Below are positions 48,901-55,819 of a stretch of DNA of 64,000 nt, piece by piece (position 1 is the stretch's first letter; the number at the start of each line of letters is the position of its first letter). The stretch is from the NCBI GenBank assembly GCA_001780035.1, contig MFEY01000004.1, positions 81,405 to 145,404 on the forward strand. Direction: 5' to 3'. The position numbers and the translations under genes are program-made. The DNA is from Candidatus Doudnabacteria bacterium RIFCSPHIGHO2_12_FULL_48_16. GTDB taxonomy: Bacteria > Patescibacteriota > Doudnabacteria > UBA920 > O2-02-FULL-48-8. The notes beneath the pieces were generated by a model, which was given only the letters and a program-made list of their open reading frames with translations, searched no databases and was not told the DNA's origin.

Positions 48901-49285
48901 CGACATACATCAGCACCATACTGCGGCAGGTTTCGTTGAATTTCTTGATGCCCAACTGTTCGATCTGCTTTTTGCCGGAAATTTTGAGTTCGCGTTCGAC
49001 AATTTCTTCGATCGGCAGGCCGTGGCAATCCCAGCCCCAGCGCCGCCGGACAAACCGGCCCTGCATCGTCTGATAGCGCGGGATTGCGTCTTTGACGACC
49101 GACGGCAAAATGCTACCGTAGTGCGGCAGGCCGGTGGCAAACGGTGGGCCATCATAAAAAGTATAAGGTTTCCCTTGTTTGGTTTGCTCCAGGGATTTCT
49201 GAAAAATCTGGTTGTCCTCCCAAAACTTCAGTATCTCTTCTTCCAGTTTCGGAAAATCTGGCTTTGGTTGTATTGGGTTAAACAT
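45911..49285 (-). CDS. ileS: Isoleucine-tRNA ligase (type 2) with an inserted histidine-phosphatase domain
   Basis: DGPPFATGLPHYG, GWDCHGLP, WTTTPWTLP, DWNISRNRYWG, KMSKS, and inserted FVRHGQS...RLRE...GHGDP. Confidence 0.97.
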   Translation of the reverse strand: MFNPIQPKPDFPKLEEEILKFWEDNQIFQKSLEQTKQGKPYTFYDGPPFATGLPHYGSILPSVVKDAIPRYQTMQGRFVRRRWGWDCHGLPIEEIVERELKISGKKQIEQLGIKKFNETCRSMVLMYVAEWRKTIRRIARWVEFDNSYKTMDRDYMESVWWAFKQVYEQGLIYEGRKVLLYCPRCETPVSNFEVAMDNSYRDVTEEAVTVKFAIRNPKFVNTFILAWTTTPWTLPGNVALAVGKDIDYVKVKMNQEVYLLAKDRVNDLMKLHPDSRFSILDFPFKGSELVGLSYEPLFDVPAVHSDKSYKVYAADFVNIEDGTGVVHTAVVYGEDDYNLGLKEGLPVVPLLDEKGIFNDNAPSLIRGQYFKAAEKTIKKDLEARGLMFAKQQHQHSYPHCWRCGTALFYNAIPAWFVNVQKVKPDLLRTNEAQMNWYPDHLKHGRYQKSVEAAPDWNISRNRYWGNPIPVWKCEVGHVNVVGSIKDLGLNRNTFYFVRHGQSTKNTLRVSSTKLETDKYPLTDKGFENAEKVTQGLKDRGGVDLIFSSDFLRTKSTAEIIGKHLGAPVMTDARLREYDTGIYDNRPVSEFYDYIAHHDIWKEAPEGGETLTQVQQRMVAFVNEINQKYEGKRIVVVGHGDPLWVLLEHYGSEQENPNNHTDKIYEIDVSILDLHRPYIDEVVIKCKECGQPAHRISEIFDSWFEAGSMPFAEYHYPFAQGEIFKSRFPGQFVVEYLPQTRAWFYVMHVMAQILFNSAPFENILTTGTILAEDGAKMSKSKRNYPDPWLMIEKYGVDALRFYLMNSPVMQAEDLNFSERELGIIYRKNILILWNVFNYFVTYANEAGWEPEKNFKFQISNFKSVLDLWIVAKTQELVNEVTDQLDGYNTVKATRAIENYINELSTWYLRRSRGRKDAHFFGTLRHALLTLAKVIAPTMPYLGELIYQNLNRRLEVPSVHLAKWPEQLELTPDQTAVLNQMQMVRDLVEQGHSLRKAANIKLRQPLNSFGYSGKQLAQEFEEILADELNVKAVKAGDKLEFDLNITSELKQEGLAAELTRAVQEMRKKLGFKVGQPVTLSYNTDDSDLAAAMELIDTKKKYISKMVKESGGTEIDVDGKKISLKLE

Positions 49286-49301
49286 GAGTTTGGCTTTATC
49301 T

Positions 49302-49409
49302 ATAACTCCCTCGCTAACGCTGTATCTGACGCACCCCCTCTTACATTAAGAGGGGGTAAGACAGCATCTGCCCCTCCCCTTAATGTAAGGGGAGGCTGGG
49401 AGGGGTTAT
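49302..49409. mobile_element. Gene-less MITE-like copy of the DUF559 family-1 element
   Basis: ATAACTCCC..ACCCCCTCTTACATTAAGAGGGGGT..CCTCCCCTTAATGTAAGGGGAGG..GGGGTTAT. Confidence 0.85.
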
Positions 49410-49454
49410 AATTCTTAGTTAAAAAATAAAAACAAATAAAAGCCTTGTTGTTTT

Positions 49455-49573
49455 GCGATCCCTTCCGCCGGCTGGCGGAGGGAGGTACCATCGCAATTCC
49501 TTTTGGCTCTTAATTCTGCTCTTTACGCCGAGCGCGCGGTAGGCTTCGCATCCGGTTGATAGCCGGCATCGCC
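49455..49573 (-). promoter_or_regulatory. T-box riboswitch, ultra-short stem I type, specifier AUC (Ile)
   Basis: GGC GATG CCGG CT-ATC-AA CCGG ATGCGAA GCC, then GCGA-TGGTACC-TCCCT...AGGGA-TCGC antiterminator/antisequestrator, upstream of ileS. Confidence 0.85.
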
Positions 49574-49607
49574 TTTAACCTCCATATTATAGCAAATTGG
49601 CCAAAAT

Positions 49608-49638
49608 TAAACACCCCACATGGGTGCGGGGTGTTTAA
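49608..49638. terminator. Hairpin terminator, related to the CCCGCAC family
   Basis: TAAACACCCC ACATGGGTGC GGGGTGTTTA, downstream of 49650-50405. Confidence 0.6.
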
Positions 49639-49649
49639 AATCTTATATA

Positions 49650-50405
49650 TTACGATTGGGCAAAAGCGGCCTTCAAATTTTGCCGGGCGGTTTCCAGAGC
49701 GGCCTTGAATGCCTGGTTGGCATCCCGCACCGCCTGGTTGCGGGTTTGGGTCAAATTCTTAATTTGCCCACCCAGCTTGTCCAGGTCTTTGTTGGCCTGC
49801 TGAAATTTATCTTTCGCCGCCTGCTGGGCGCTCATAAGTGTCCGGCGCACGGTGGCGGGATCAACCGAAGCGGCGCAATCGGTTTTGGCTTTGGCCATAG
49901 CCGCCGCAACATCGGCCTTAAACGTGGTGGCATTGGCTTTGATGGCATCCTGCCGTTTGGTAACCAGACTTTCCTGACTGGTGCGGAAATCCGCCATCGC
50001 TTTATCGACGGCGGCTTTGCGCACCTCTTGCGCGGCCGCAACGGCAGCCCTAAACGCGGCTAGGGCCGAGAGCTGCGCCTCGGTCAGAGCGTCGGATTCC
50101 AAATCGGAAAGGCGTTCATCCAAATCGGCTTTGGCCTGGTCGCGTTTTTCCTGAACCTGTTTCACACGACTCTCTTTGCGCTCCTTAAGCTGATTGAACA
50201 CCTCCGTTCGCTTACTGCCCCGATCCTGATCGACTTTGACCAGTTTGGAATTGACTTCACCGGTAACGTTGGCAATCCGGGTGCAGAAATTTTTGGCATC
50301 CGAAGCTGGGGCGGTCGGTTTGTCTTCGCGGGCCAGGCCCAGCGCCGGGGTCAGAATGAATCCCAGGGTCGCCAGAATCAAACTGAAATTTTTAATAGTT
50401 CGCAT
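49650..50405 (-). CDS. Secreted Ala-rich coiled-coil protein
   Basis: Signal peptide and all-helical A/K/Q-rich sequence. Confidence 0.8.
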   Translation of the reverse strand: MRTIKNFSLILATLGFILTPALGLAREDKPTAPASDAKNFCTRIANVTGEVNSKLVKVDQDRGSKRTEVFNQLKERKESRVKQVQEKRDQAKADLDERLSDLESDALTEAQLSALAAFRAAVAAAQEVRKAAVDKAMADFRTSQESLVTKRQDAIKANATTFKADVAAAMAKAKTDCAASVDPATVRRTLMSAQQAAKDKFQQANKDLDKLGGQIKNLTQTRNQAVRDANQAFKAALETARQNLKAAFAQS

Positions 50406-50640
50406 TGGTCGCTCCTTCATAGTCGTTAACGATCGTCTGGTCGGAATTTATGACATCGTCATCGGACTGTAAATTAACTGCTTCTTCGCTATCCACGCTC
50501 GCATTAAGGTTGCTGACCGCGGCGTCCACCCGGCTCGCCGAGTTGGATTCCGTGGAATTGCCGGTGCTGGCTTGGTTGCCGGCATTGCAGGCGGCCGCCA
50601 GCAGCATTAACCCGGCGGTTAAAAACAGAATTTTTTTCAT
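50392..50640 (-). CDS. Small lipoprotein
   Basis: MKK..LLAAAC lipobox-like signal. Confidence 0.8.
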   Translation of the reverse strand: MKKILFLTAGLMLLAAACNAGNQASTGNSTESNSASRVDAAVSNLNASVDSEEAVNLQSDDDVINSDQTIVNDYEGATNANY

Positions 50641-50702
50641 AAATCTCTAGTTAATGACATTTCAATTATATCACATAATGAAACGGCCTAACGGCAGCAA
50701 TG

Positions 50703-50987
50703 TTACATCCCGCACCTTTTTGCTTGGAGAATACTGTTTTCGAGTCTGATCTTAAGTTCACTTAAGCCCTTACCGTGATGTTTAAGTTTCTTTTCTCTGG
50801 CTGCCGCATCATCCACCGAAAGGTATGCTTCGTAATAAATTAAGTGCCAGGGACCAAACTTACTAGTGAATCCGTTCTGGCCAGAGTTATGTTCAAATAT
50901 CCTTCTGTCCAAATCGTTAGTGATACCAACATAAAATTTTCTTTTCGCGGATGGTTCCAGATTATACAGAATATATGTATAGTACAT
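50703..50987 (-). CDS. GIY-YIG nuclease family protein
   Basis: YYTYIL...FYVGITNDL.RR..EHN.G, W.LIYYEAY and A..RE..LK. Confidence 0.93.
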   Translation of the reverse strand: MYYTYILYNLEPSAKRKFYVGITNDLDRRIFEHNSGQNGFTSKFGPWHLIYYEAYLSVDDAAAREKKLKHHGKGLSELKIRLENSILQAKRCGM

Positions 50988-51005
50988 CGCAAAAAAAGTG
51001 CGGGA
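50708..51005. mobile_element. 298-bp IS-like element with GIY-YIG gene, terminal inverted repeats and TTACA direct repeats
   Basis: TTACA|TCCCGCACCTTTTTGC ... GCAAAAAAAGTGCGGGA|TTACA. Confidence 0.7.
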
Positions 51006-52640
51006 TTACATTTCCTCGAGGGCTTGAATCCCCAATAACTCCAAGCCTTTGCCCAGTGTATTTTTGGCTTTGGCAATCAAAGCCAGGCGGAAATTTTTTA
51101 CAGTTTGGTCTTTTTCGGACAGAATATGGCTTTCGTGGTAAAACTTGTTGATCAAACCGGCCAAATTATACAGATAATTGGCCAGGATATTGGGCAGATA
51201 ATCCGCCAGGGTATCGTCAACAATTTCGGACAGGATAGAAAGCTTAAACAAAAGCTCCCTTTCGGTATTTGAAATTTGGGATTTGGGATTTATTTGAAAT
51301 TTGGGATTTGTAATTTGAGATTTCTTCAATATGCTAGAGAGTCTAGCATAGGCATATTGCAAATACGGGCCACTGTTCCCTTCGAAATCCAAAACTTCTT
51401 CCCAGCTAAACTCAATGTCACTGTGACGGTTGTGTTTGAGGATAAAATATTTCAACGCGCCTTTGGTCACGGCCTTAATTACACCTTGTTTATCCTTTAA
51501 ATCCGGATTTTTCTCCGCAATGACTTGCGCCACTTTTTCTTCGGCCTGAGCAATTACATCCAAAGCCAAAATCATATTCCCCTTACGGGTCGAGAGCGCT
51601 TCACCTTTGAAACTGACAAAGCCATAATCAATATGCGCGCCTTCTCCCTCTTCGATTTTTTCCATTCGGTGCAGGATGGCAAACAGCTGCTTATAATGAT
51701 GCGACTGCCGGTTATCGACAACATATAAGTGTTTTTTGAATCCCTCTTTTTGCGCAAATATAAAGGTTGCCAAATCGCGTAATAAATAAGTCGTGCCACC
51801 GTCAGATTTCACAATCACAGCTATTCCAAGTTTCTGTTGTTCAAGATTAACAATCCTCGCTCCCCGCTCTCCGGTTTGCAAAATATCCTTGCTTTCAAGT
51901 TCGGTAAGCACCCCGGGCATTTTGTCTTCGTAAAAACTTTCCGGCCAGTGATGATCAAACGGCAAGATATCCATCAGTTGATTGATCTGCAAAAACTGCT
52001 TCACGCTGTCCTCGACCAAGTCCTGCCAGATTTTTCGATTCTCCTGATCACCCTGTTCCAATTTCACGAACTCTTGCTTCGCTGACTCGTGAATCGACGG
52101 ATCTTTTTCTGCCTCTTGGTTAAGTTGAGCGTAGATTTTCTCGTTCACTTTGCCGAATTTTTTGACAGCCAAAATCAAAAATCCAAATTGCGTGCCCCAA
52201 TCCCCCATATGGGTATCGGATTCCACTTTTTCTCCAACAAACAGCAACATGCGCTTGATTGCATCGCCAATAACCGCAGTTTCCAAATGGCCGATATGAA
52301 GAGGCTTGGCAATGTTGGGCTGGAAGTATTCGAGGAGGATCTTCTCCGAGCGCTGAGGGTTGAGCGCTGAGGGTTGAGTTAACAACTCGTTGTTCTTTAA
52401 GCGAAAATTGATAAATCCCGGCCCGGCTATTTCCACAGTTTCAAACATAGCCTTATCCATTTTCTCAATCAAATTTTTGGCCACATCCTGCGGTTTTTGC
52501 TTTGACAATTTGGCCCAAACCAACGCGGCATTGGTGGCATAATCGCCAAACTTCGCATCCGGATATGTCAGATCAAAGTTAAATTCGGCTGACGCTGGTC
52601 CCATCGCCGTCTGGATGATTTGTTTGATCTTTTCGCGCAT
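51006..52640 (-). CDS. argS: Arginine-tRNA ligase
   Basis: FGDYATN, IAGPGFINF, PNIAKPLHIGH, GDWGTQFG, KSDG..Y..RDLA and GNSGPYLQYAYAR. Start taken at MREK. Confidence 0.97.
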   Translation of the reverse strand: MREKIKQIIQTAMGPASAEFNFDLTYPDAKFGDYATNAALVWAKLSKQKPQDVAKNLIEKMDKAMFETVEIAGPGFINFRLKNNELLTQPSALNPQRSEKILLEYFQPNIAKPLHIGHLETAVIGDAIKRMLLFVGEKVESDTHMGDWGTQFGFLILAVKKFGKVNEKIYAQLNQEAEKDPSIHESAKQEFVKLEQGDQENRKIWQDLVEDSVKQFLQINQLMDILPFDHHWPESFYEDKMPGVLTELESKDILQTGERGARIVNLEQQKLGIAVIVKSDGGTTYLLRDLATFIFAQKEGFKKHLYVVDNRQSHHYKQLFAILHRMEKIEEGEGAHIDYGFVSFKGEALSTRKGNMILALDVIAQAEEKVAQVIAEKNPDLKDKQGVIKAVTKGALKYFILKHNRHSDIEFSWEEVLDFEGNSGPYLQYAYARLSSILKKSQITNPKFQINPKSQISNTERELLFKLSILSEIVDDTLADYLPNILANYLYNLAGLINKFYHESHILSEKDQTVKNFRLALIAKAKNTLGKGLELLGIQALEEM

Positions 52641-52686
52641 TAGCATGAGCATAGTATATCTGATAAAATTAACGCAGACAATAATT

Positions 52687-52792
52687 ATAACTCCCCCGCG
52701 AACTCTCAGTTGACGCACCCCCTCTTACATTAAGAGGGGGTGGAGTAGCGGCTGCTCTCCCCTTAATGTAAGGGGAGGGTGGGAGGGGTTAT
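52687..52792. mobile_element. Gene-less MITE-like copy of the DUF559 family-1 element
   Basis: Same two palindromes and ATAAC/GTTAT termini as 49302-49409. Confidence 0.85.
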
Positions 52793-52803
52793 TTTTCCTC
52801 CCT

Positions 52804-53253
52804 ATGCCTTCCCTCGCCAACAACCGCAAAGCTTTCCATGATTACTCGATCGAATCCACGCTCGAGGCCGGCTTGGTCTTGGCCGGCCATGAAGTCAAAA
52901 GCATCCGCAACGGGCAGGTCTCGCTCAATGGCGCCTATGTCACGATCCGCCTGGGCGAAGCCTGGCTGCGCAATGCGTATATTGGCAAATACAAACAAGC
53001 CTCGGGCCTGGAGGGCATCGATGAATCCCGCGAACGAAAGCTGCTCCTCAATAAACACGAGATCATTAAACTGCAGGATCTGCTCAAATCCAAAGGCTTA
53101 ACTCTGGTGCCGCTGGAAATTTACACATCCAAGGGGCGGCTGAAATTAAAAATCGGCGTCGGAAGAGGCAAAAAGCAATTCGACAAGCGCGAATCGATAA
53201 AGAAGAAAGAACTTAAAAGAGGCTTGGATAGAAAGATGAGGACGCGGGTATAA
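52804..53253 (+). CDS. smpB: SsrA-binding protein
   Basis: NRKAFHDY.I....EAGLVL.G.EVKSIR, R.RKLLL and GKKQFDKRE.IK. Confidence 0.98.
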   Translation: MPSLANNRKAFHDYSIESTLEAGLVLAGHEVKSIRNGQVSLNGAYVTIRLGEAWLRNAYIGKYKQASGLEGIDESRERKLLLNKHEIIKLQDLLKSKGLTLVPLEIYTSKGRLKLKIGVGRGKKQFDKRESIKKKELKRGLDRKMRTRV

Positions 53254-53726
53254 CTACCTCTCTGTCGGCTTCGCCGACATCTCTCCTGGAAGGAGAGATG
53301 AACTGCAGGTTAATTAAATATATGAAACTGCTTGAAAATTTAATTTTGGGTTCCCGGAGTTTAAGAAAAAACCAAACGCCTTGGGAAAATAAACTTTGGT
53401 ATAATCTCAGAGCCAAAAGATTTAAAGGATACCGTTTCCGAAGACAATTTGTTATTGGTTACTATATAGTTGACTTTTGCTGCTTTGAAAAGAAACTAAT
53501 TATAGAATTAGATGGGGGCCAACACAACGAAGAACAAACTCAACTAAATGATAAAGAAAGAACCGAATTTCTGAAATCACAAGGCTTCAAAGTAATAAGA
53601 TTTTGGAACAATGATATTCAAAAAAATCTCCCGGAAGTTTTAGAAACTATATTAGATAACTTGAAATAAAAAAATCCCCTCCCCTTCCAGGGGAGGGTGG
53701 CGCGAAGCGCCGGGTGGGGTAGTTAT
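53250..53726. mobile_element. DUF559 family-2 element (gene-carrying) with a perfect 9-bp TIR
   Basis: ATAACTACC ... GGTAGTTAT with palindromic arms 53250-53306 and 53676-53726. Confidence 0.75.
53322..53669 (+). CDS. DUF559 (Vsr-like) endonuclease
   Basis: LRKNQT..E..LW..LR, FRRQ..IG.YIVDF, LIIELDGGQH and RFWN. Confidence 0.93.
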   Translation: MKLLENLILGSRSLRKNQTPWENKLWYNLRAKRFKGYRFRRQFVIGYYIVDFCCFEKKLIIELDGGQHNEEQTQLNDKERTEFLKSQGFKVIRFWNNDIQKNLPEVLETILDNLK

Positions 53727-53730
53727 TATT

Positions 53731-53757
53731 CTGGTGGAGCTGGGGAGAATTGCACTC
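53731..53757 (-). repeat. 27-bp direct repeat of the tmRNA 3' end
   Basis: CTGGTGGAGCTGGGGAGAATTGCACTC also occurs at 53886-53912. Confidence 0.9.
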
Positions 53758-53886
53758 GTTCGCGCTTATGCGCTCACCTCGGGGCAGCGCCGAAAGCTAT
53801 TAATACGCTTTCGTCGACGCTCGACTTCGGCTGATGCCTCGTCTCGCTTCTGCCCGGAGTGCAATCAATGTGCTTTATTAAATTCC

Positions 53887-54271
53887 TGGTGGAGCTGGGG
53901 AGAATTGCACTCCCGTCCAAAAATTTTTGGCAAACACGTCTACAAGCTTAGACCGCTTTATGGTGTCCCCCAAGCAATAGAAGCGGACCAAAGCTGCTTG
54001 AGGTGAGCTCTAAGTGTCTTTTGGCTGTCGAGCACCGGCCAAAATGAGTCCGGATAATATAACACCTGTGATCCGCGCACAGACTTTACGGAGCAGATGG
54101 GTTATCGCTTAATTAAGCAACAGCCAGAGCAGGAGAGAATGCAAAAGCATTCTTAATTCTGCTTACCAATGAATTGGCATTTATGATTTGCCTTATTTTT
54201 TTAACCGAGAAATTAGGCTAATCGGACTTGCGGTATCTGTCAAAGAACTCTTGTCGAAGCTTAGCAGCCCC
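53887..54271 (-). ncRNA. ssrA: tmRNA, tag (A)ANSLVSRIKNAFAFSPALAVA* at 54178-54113
   Basis: 5' GGGGCTG..TTCGAC and 3' GGAC GGGAG TGCAATT CTCCC CAGCTCCACCA with G3-U70. ATAAAT-GCC resume signal, next to smpB. Confidence 0.95.
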
Positions 54272-54316
54272 TCGTCAAAGCATTTTAGCATAATATAAGA
54301 GTATTTTCAAGCTTTT

Positions 54317-54428
54317 TAATTACCTCTCTGTCGGCTTCGCCGACATCTCTCCTGGAAGGAGAGAATAAACTGCTGATTTGCCCTCCCCTTCCAGGGGAAG
54401 GTGCCGCGAAGCGGCGGGAGGGTAGTTA
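54317..54428. mobile_element. Gene-less copy of the DUF559 family-2 element
   Basis: Left arm identical to 53255-53296, joined directly to a right arm ending GGTAGTTA. Confidence 0.85.
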
Positions 54429-54483
54429 CTCTTTACAAAAACTGTATTTTCCTCTATAATTACTGCGTATTAAACATAAACCG

Positions 54484-54999
54484 ATAGCATTTAGAACTCG
54501 CATCAACAATCAAATAAGAGTCCCGGAGGTCCGCTTGATCGATGACCAAGGCAAAATGCTTGGGATCATGAAGATCGAAGAGGCAATGGCTTTAGCCAAA
54601 GAGCGCGAAGTCGATTTGGTTGAGGTCTCCCCCACGGCCAAGCCGCCGGTGGTCAAGCTTCTGGACTACGACAAATACCGCTATCAGCAGGAAAAAGCGG
54701 CGCAAGAAGCCCGAAAAAAAGTAAAAAAGGTTATGGTCAAAGGGATCCGGCTTTCCGTCCGCATCGGTGACCACGATCTGGTGTTCAAAGCCAAGAAAAC
54801 CTCGGAGTTTCTGGCCGAAGGCCATAAAATCAAGGTTGATGTGGTTATGCGCGGCCGCGAACAGGCCCACCCGGAATTGGCTTTCAATCTCATGAAGCGG
54901 TTTCAGGAAACTATCACCACTCCCTTTGTCAAAGAAACTGGCCCGTCCCGCATGGGGGGAACTATAAGTATAATCATAGCTCCCTCAAGCAAATCCTAA
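54484..54999 (+). CDS. infC: Translation initiation factor IF-3 with non-canonical ATA start
   Basis: In-frame ATA-AFRTRINNQIRVPEVRLID upstream of the track start, DLVEVSP.AKPPV and RGRE. Confidence 0.95.
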   Translation: MAFRTRINNQIRVPEVRLIDDQGKMLGIMKIEEAMALAKEREVDLVEVSPTAKPPVVKLLDYDKYRYQQEKAAQEARKKVKKVMVKGIRLSVRIGDHDLVFKAKKTSEFLAEGHKIKVDVVMRGREQAHPELAFNLMKRFQETITTPFVKETGPSRMGGTISIIIAPSSKS

Positions 55000-55005
55000 T
55001 GATTC

Positions 55006-55067
55006 GAATTAGGAATCAGGAATTAGGAATAACGGGGCCCTAATTCATAATTCATTATTCATAATTC
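55006..55067. repeat. Gene-less inverted heptamer-array element (family B)
   Basis: GAATTAG GAATCAG GAATTAG GAATAAC ggggcc CTAATTC ATAATTC ATTATTC ATAATTC. Confidence 0.85.
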
Positions 55068-55074
55068 CTTTTAC

Positions 55075-55260
55075 ATGCAAAAGACGAACAAGCGAATCAG
55101 CAAAACTTTTTGGAAAACCGGATCCGGCAAGCTTATGCGCCGCAAGTCTGGCCAAGCCCATTTCAACTCCCGCGAACGCGGCAACACCACCAGCAATAAG
55201 CGCCGCGATTTGGCGGTCTCCAAGGCCGACCGCAGAATTTCATTAGTAATGGGTAAGTAA
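55075..55260 (+). CDS. rpmI: 50S ribosomal protein L35
   Basis: KT.K...K.F.KTGSGKLMRR..GQAH, located between infC and rplT. Confidence 0.9.
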   Translation: MQKTNKRISKTFWKTGSGKLMRRKSGQAHFNSRERGNTTSNKRRDLAVSKADRRISLVMGK

Positions 55261-55268
55261 AGATTAAA

Positions 55269-55318
55269 AATTGCGGATTACGCATTACGGATTAATTCGT
55301 AATCCGAAATCCGTAATT
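55269..55318. repeat. Inverted heptamer array (family B variant, GATTACG/CGTAATC)
   Basis: AATTGCG GATTACG CATTACG GATT AATTCG TAATCCG AAATCCG TAATT. Confidence 0.75.
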
Positions 55319-55334
55319 AACTAATTAAACAATT

Positions 55335-55679
55335 ATGACCAGAGTCAAACGCGGCGTTGCCGCCCACAAGCGACGCAAATATTTTCTCAAACGCACCAAA
55401 GGGTTTACCAACCGCCGGTCCACCAACGCAATCGCGGCCAAGGAAGCCTTGCTGCATGCTGATTCTTACACCTATGCCCACCGCCGGCTGCGCAAGCGGG
55501 ATTTAAGAAAACTCTGGACGATCCGGACCAATGCCGCCAGCCGCGAACACGGCATGACGTTCAGCAAGCTGATGGGCAGCCTGCGCAAGCAGCAAATCGG
55601 CATCAACAAAAAAATGCTGGCCGAGCTAGCCGTCCGCCACCCGGAAGTGTTTGAAAAAATCGTCGCTTCGGTTAAGTAA
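55335..55679 (+). CDS. rplT: 50S ribosomal protein L20
   Basis: MTRVKRGV, R..KRD.R.LW..R.NAA.R and NKKMLAELAV. Confidence 0.97.
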   Translation: MTRVKRGVAAHKRRKYFLKRTKGFTNRRSTNAIAAKEALLHADSYTYAHRRLRKRDLRKLWTIRTNAASREHGMTFSKLMGSLRKQQIGINKKMLAELAVRHPEVFEKIVASVK

Positions 55680-55688
55680 GCTTGGAGT

Positions 55689-55810
55689 ATAACTCCCCCG
55701 CTGACTCCTTTATGACGCACCCCCTCTTATATTAAGAGGGGGTTTTAAAAAACCTGTCTTTCCTCCCCTTAAAATAAGGGGAGGTGGCGCGTTAGCGCCG
55801 GAGGGGTTAA
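55689..55810. mobile_element. Gene-less copy of the DUF559 family-1 element with a family-2-like right arm
   Basis: ATAACTCCCCC..CCCCCTCTTATATTAAGAGGGGG..CCTCCCCTTAAAATAAGGGGAGG TGGCGCGTTAGCGCC GGAGGGGTTA. Confidence 0.8.
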
Positions 55811-55819
55811 TATATAGGC

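Noticed and set aside
52641-52718. N-terminal extension of ArgRS in the ORF track (also of 40379-40780 and 2732-4012)
   Set aside because: The extensions run into repeats or upstream genes. Downstream ATGs match the family N-termini better.
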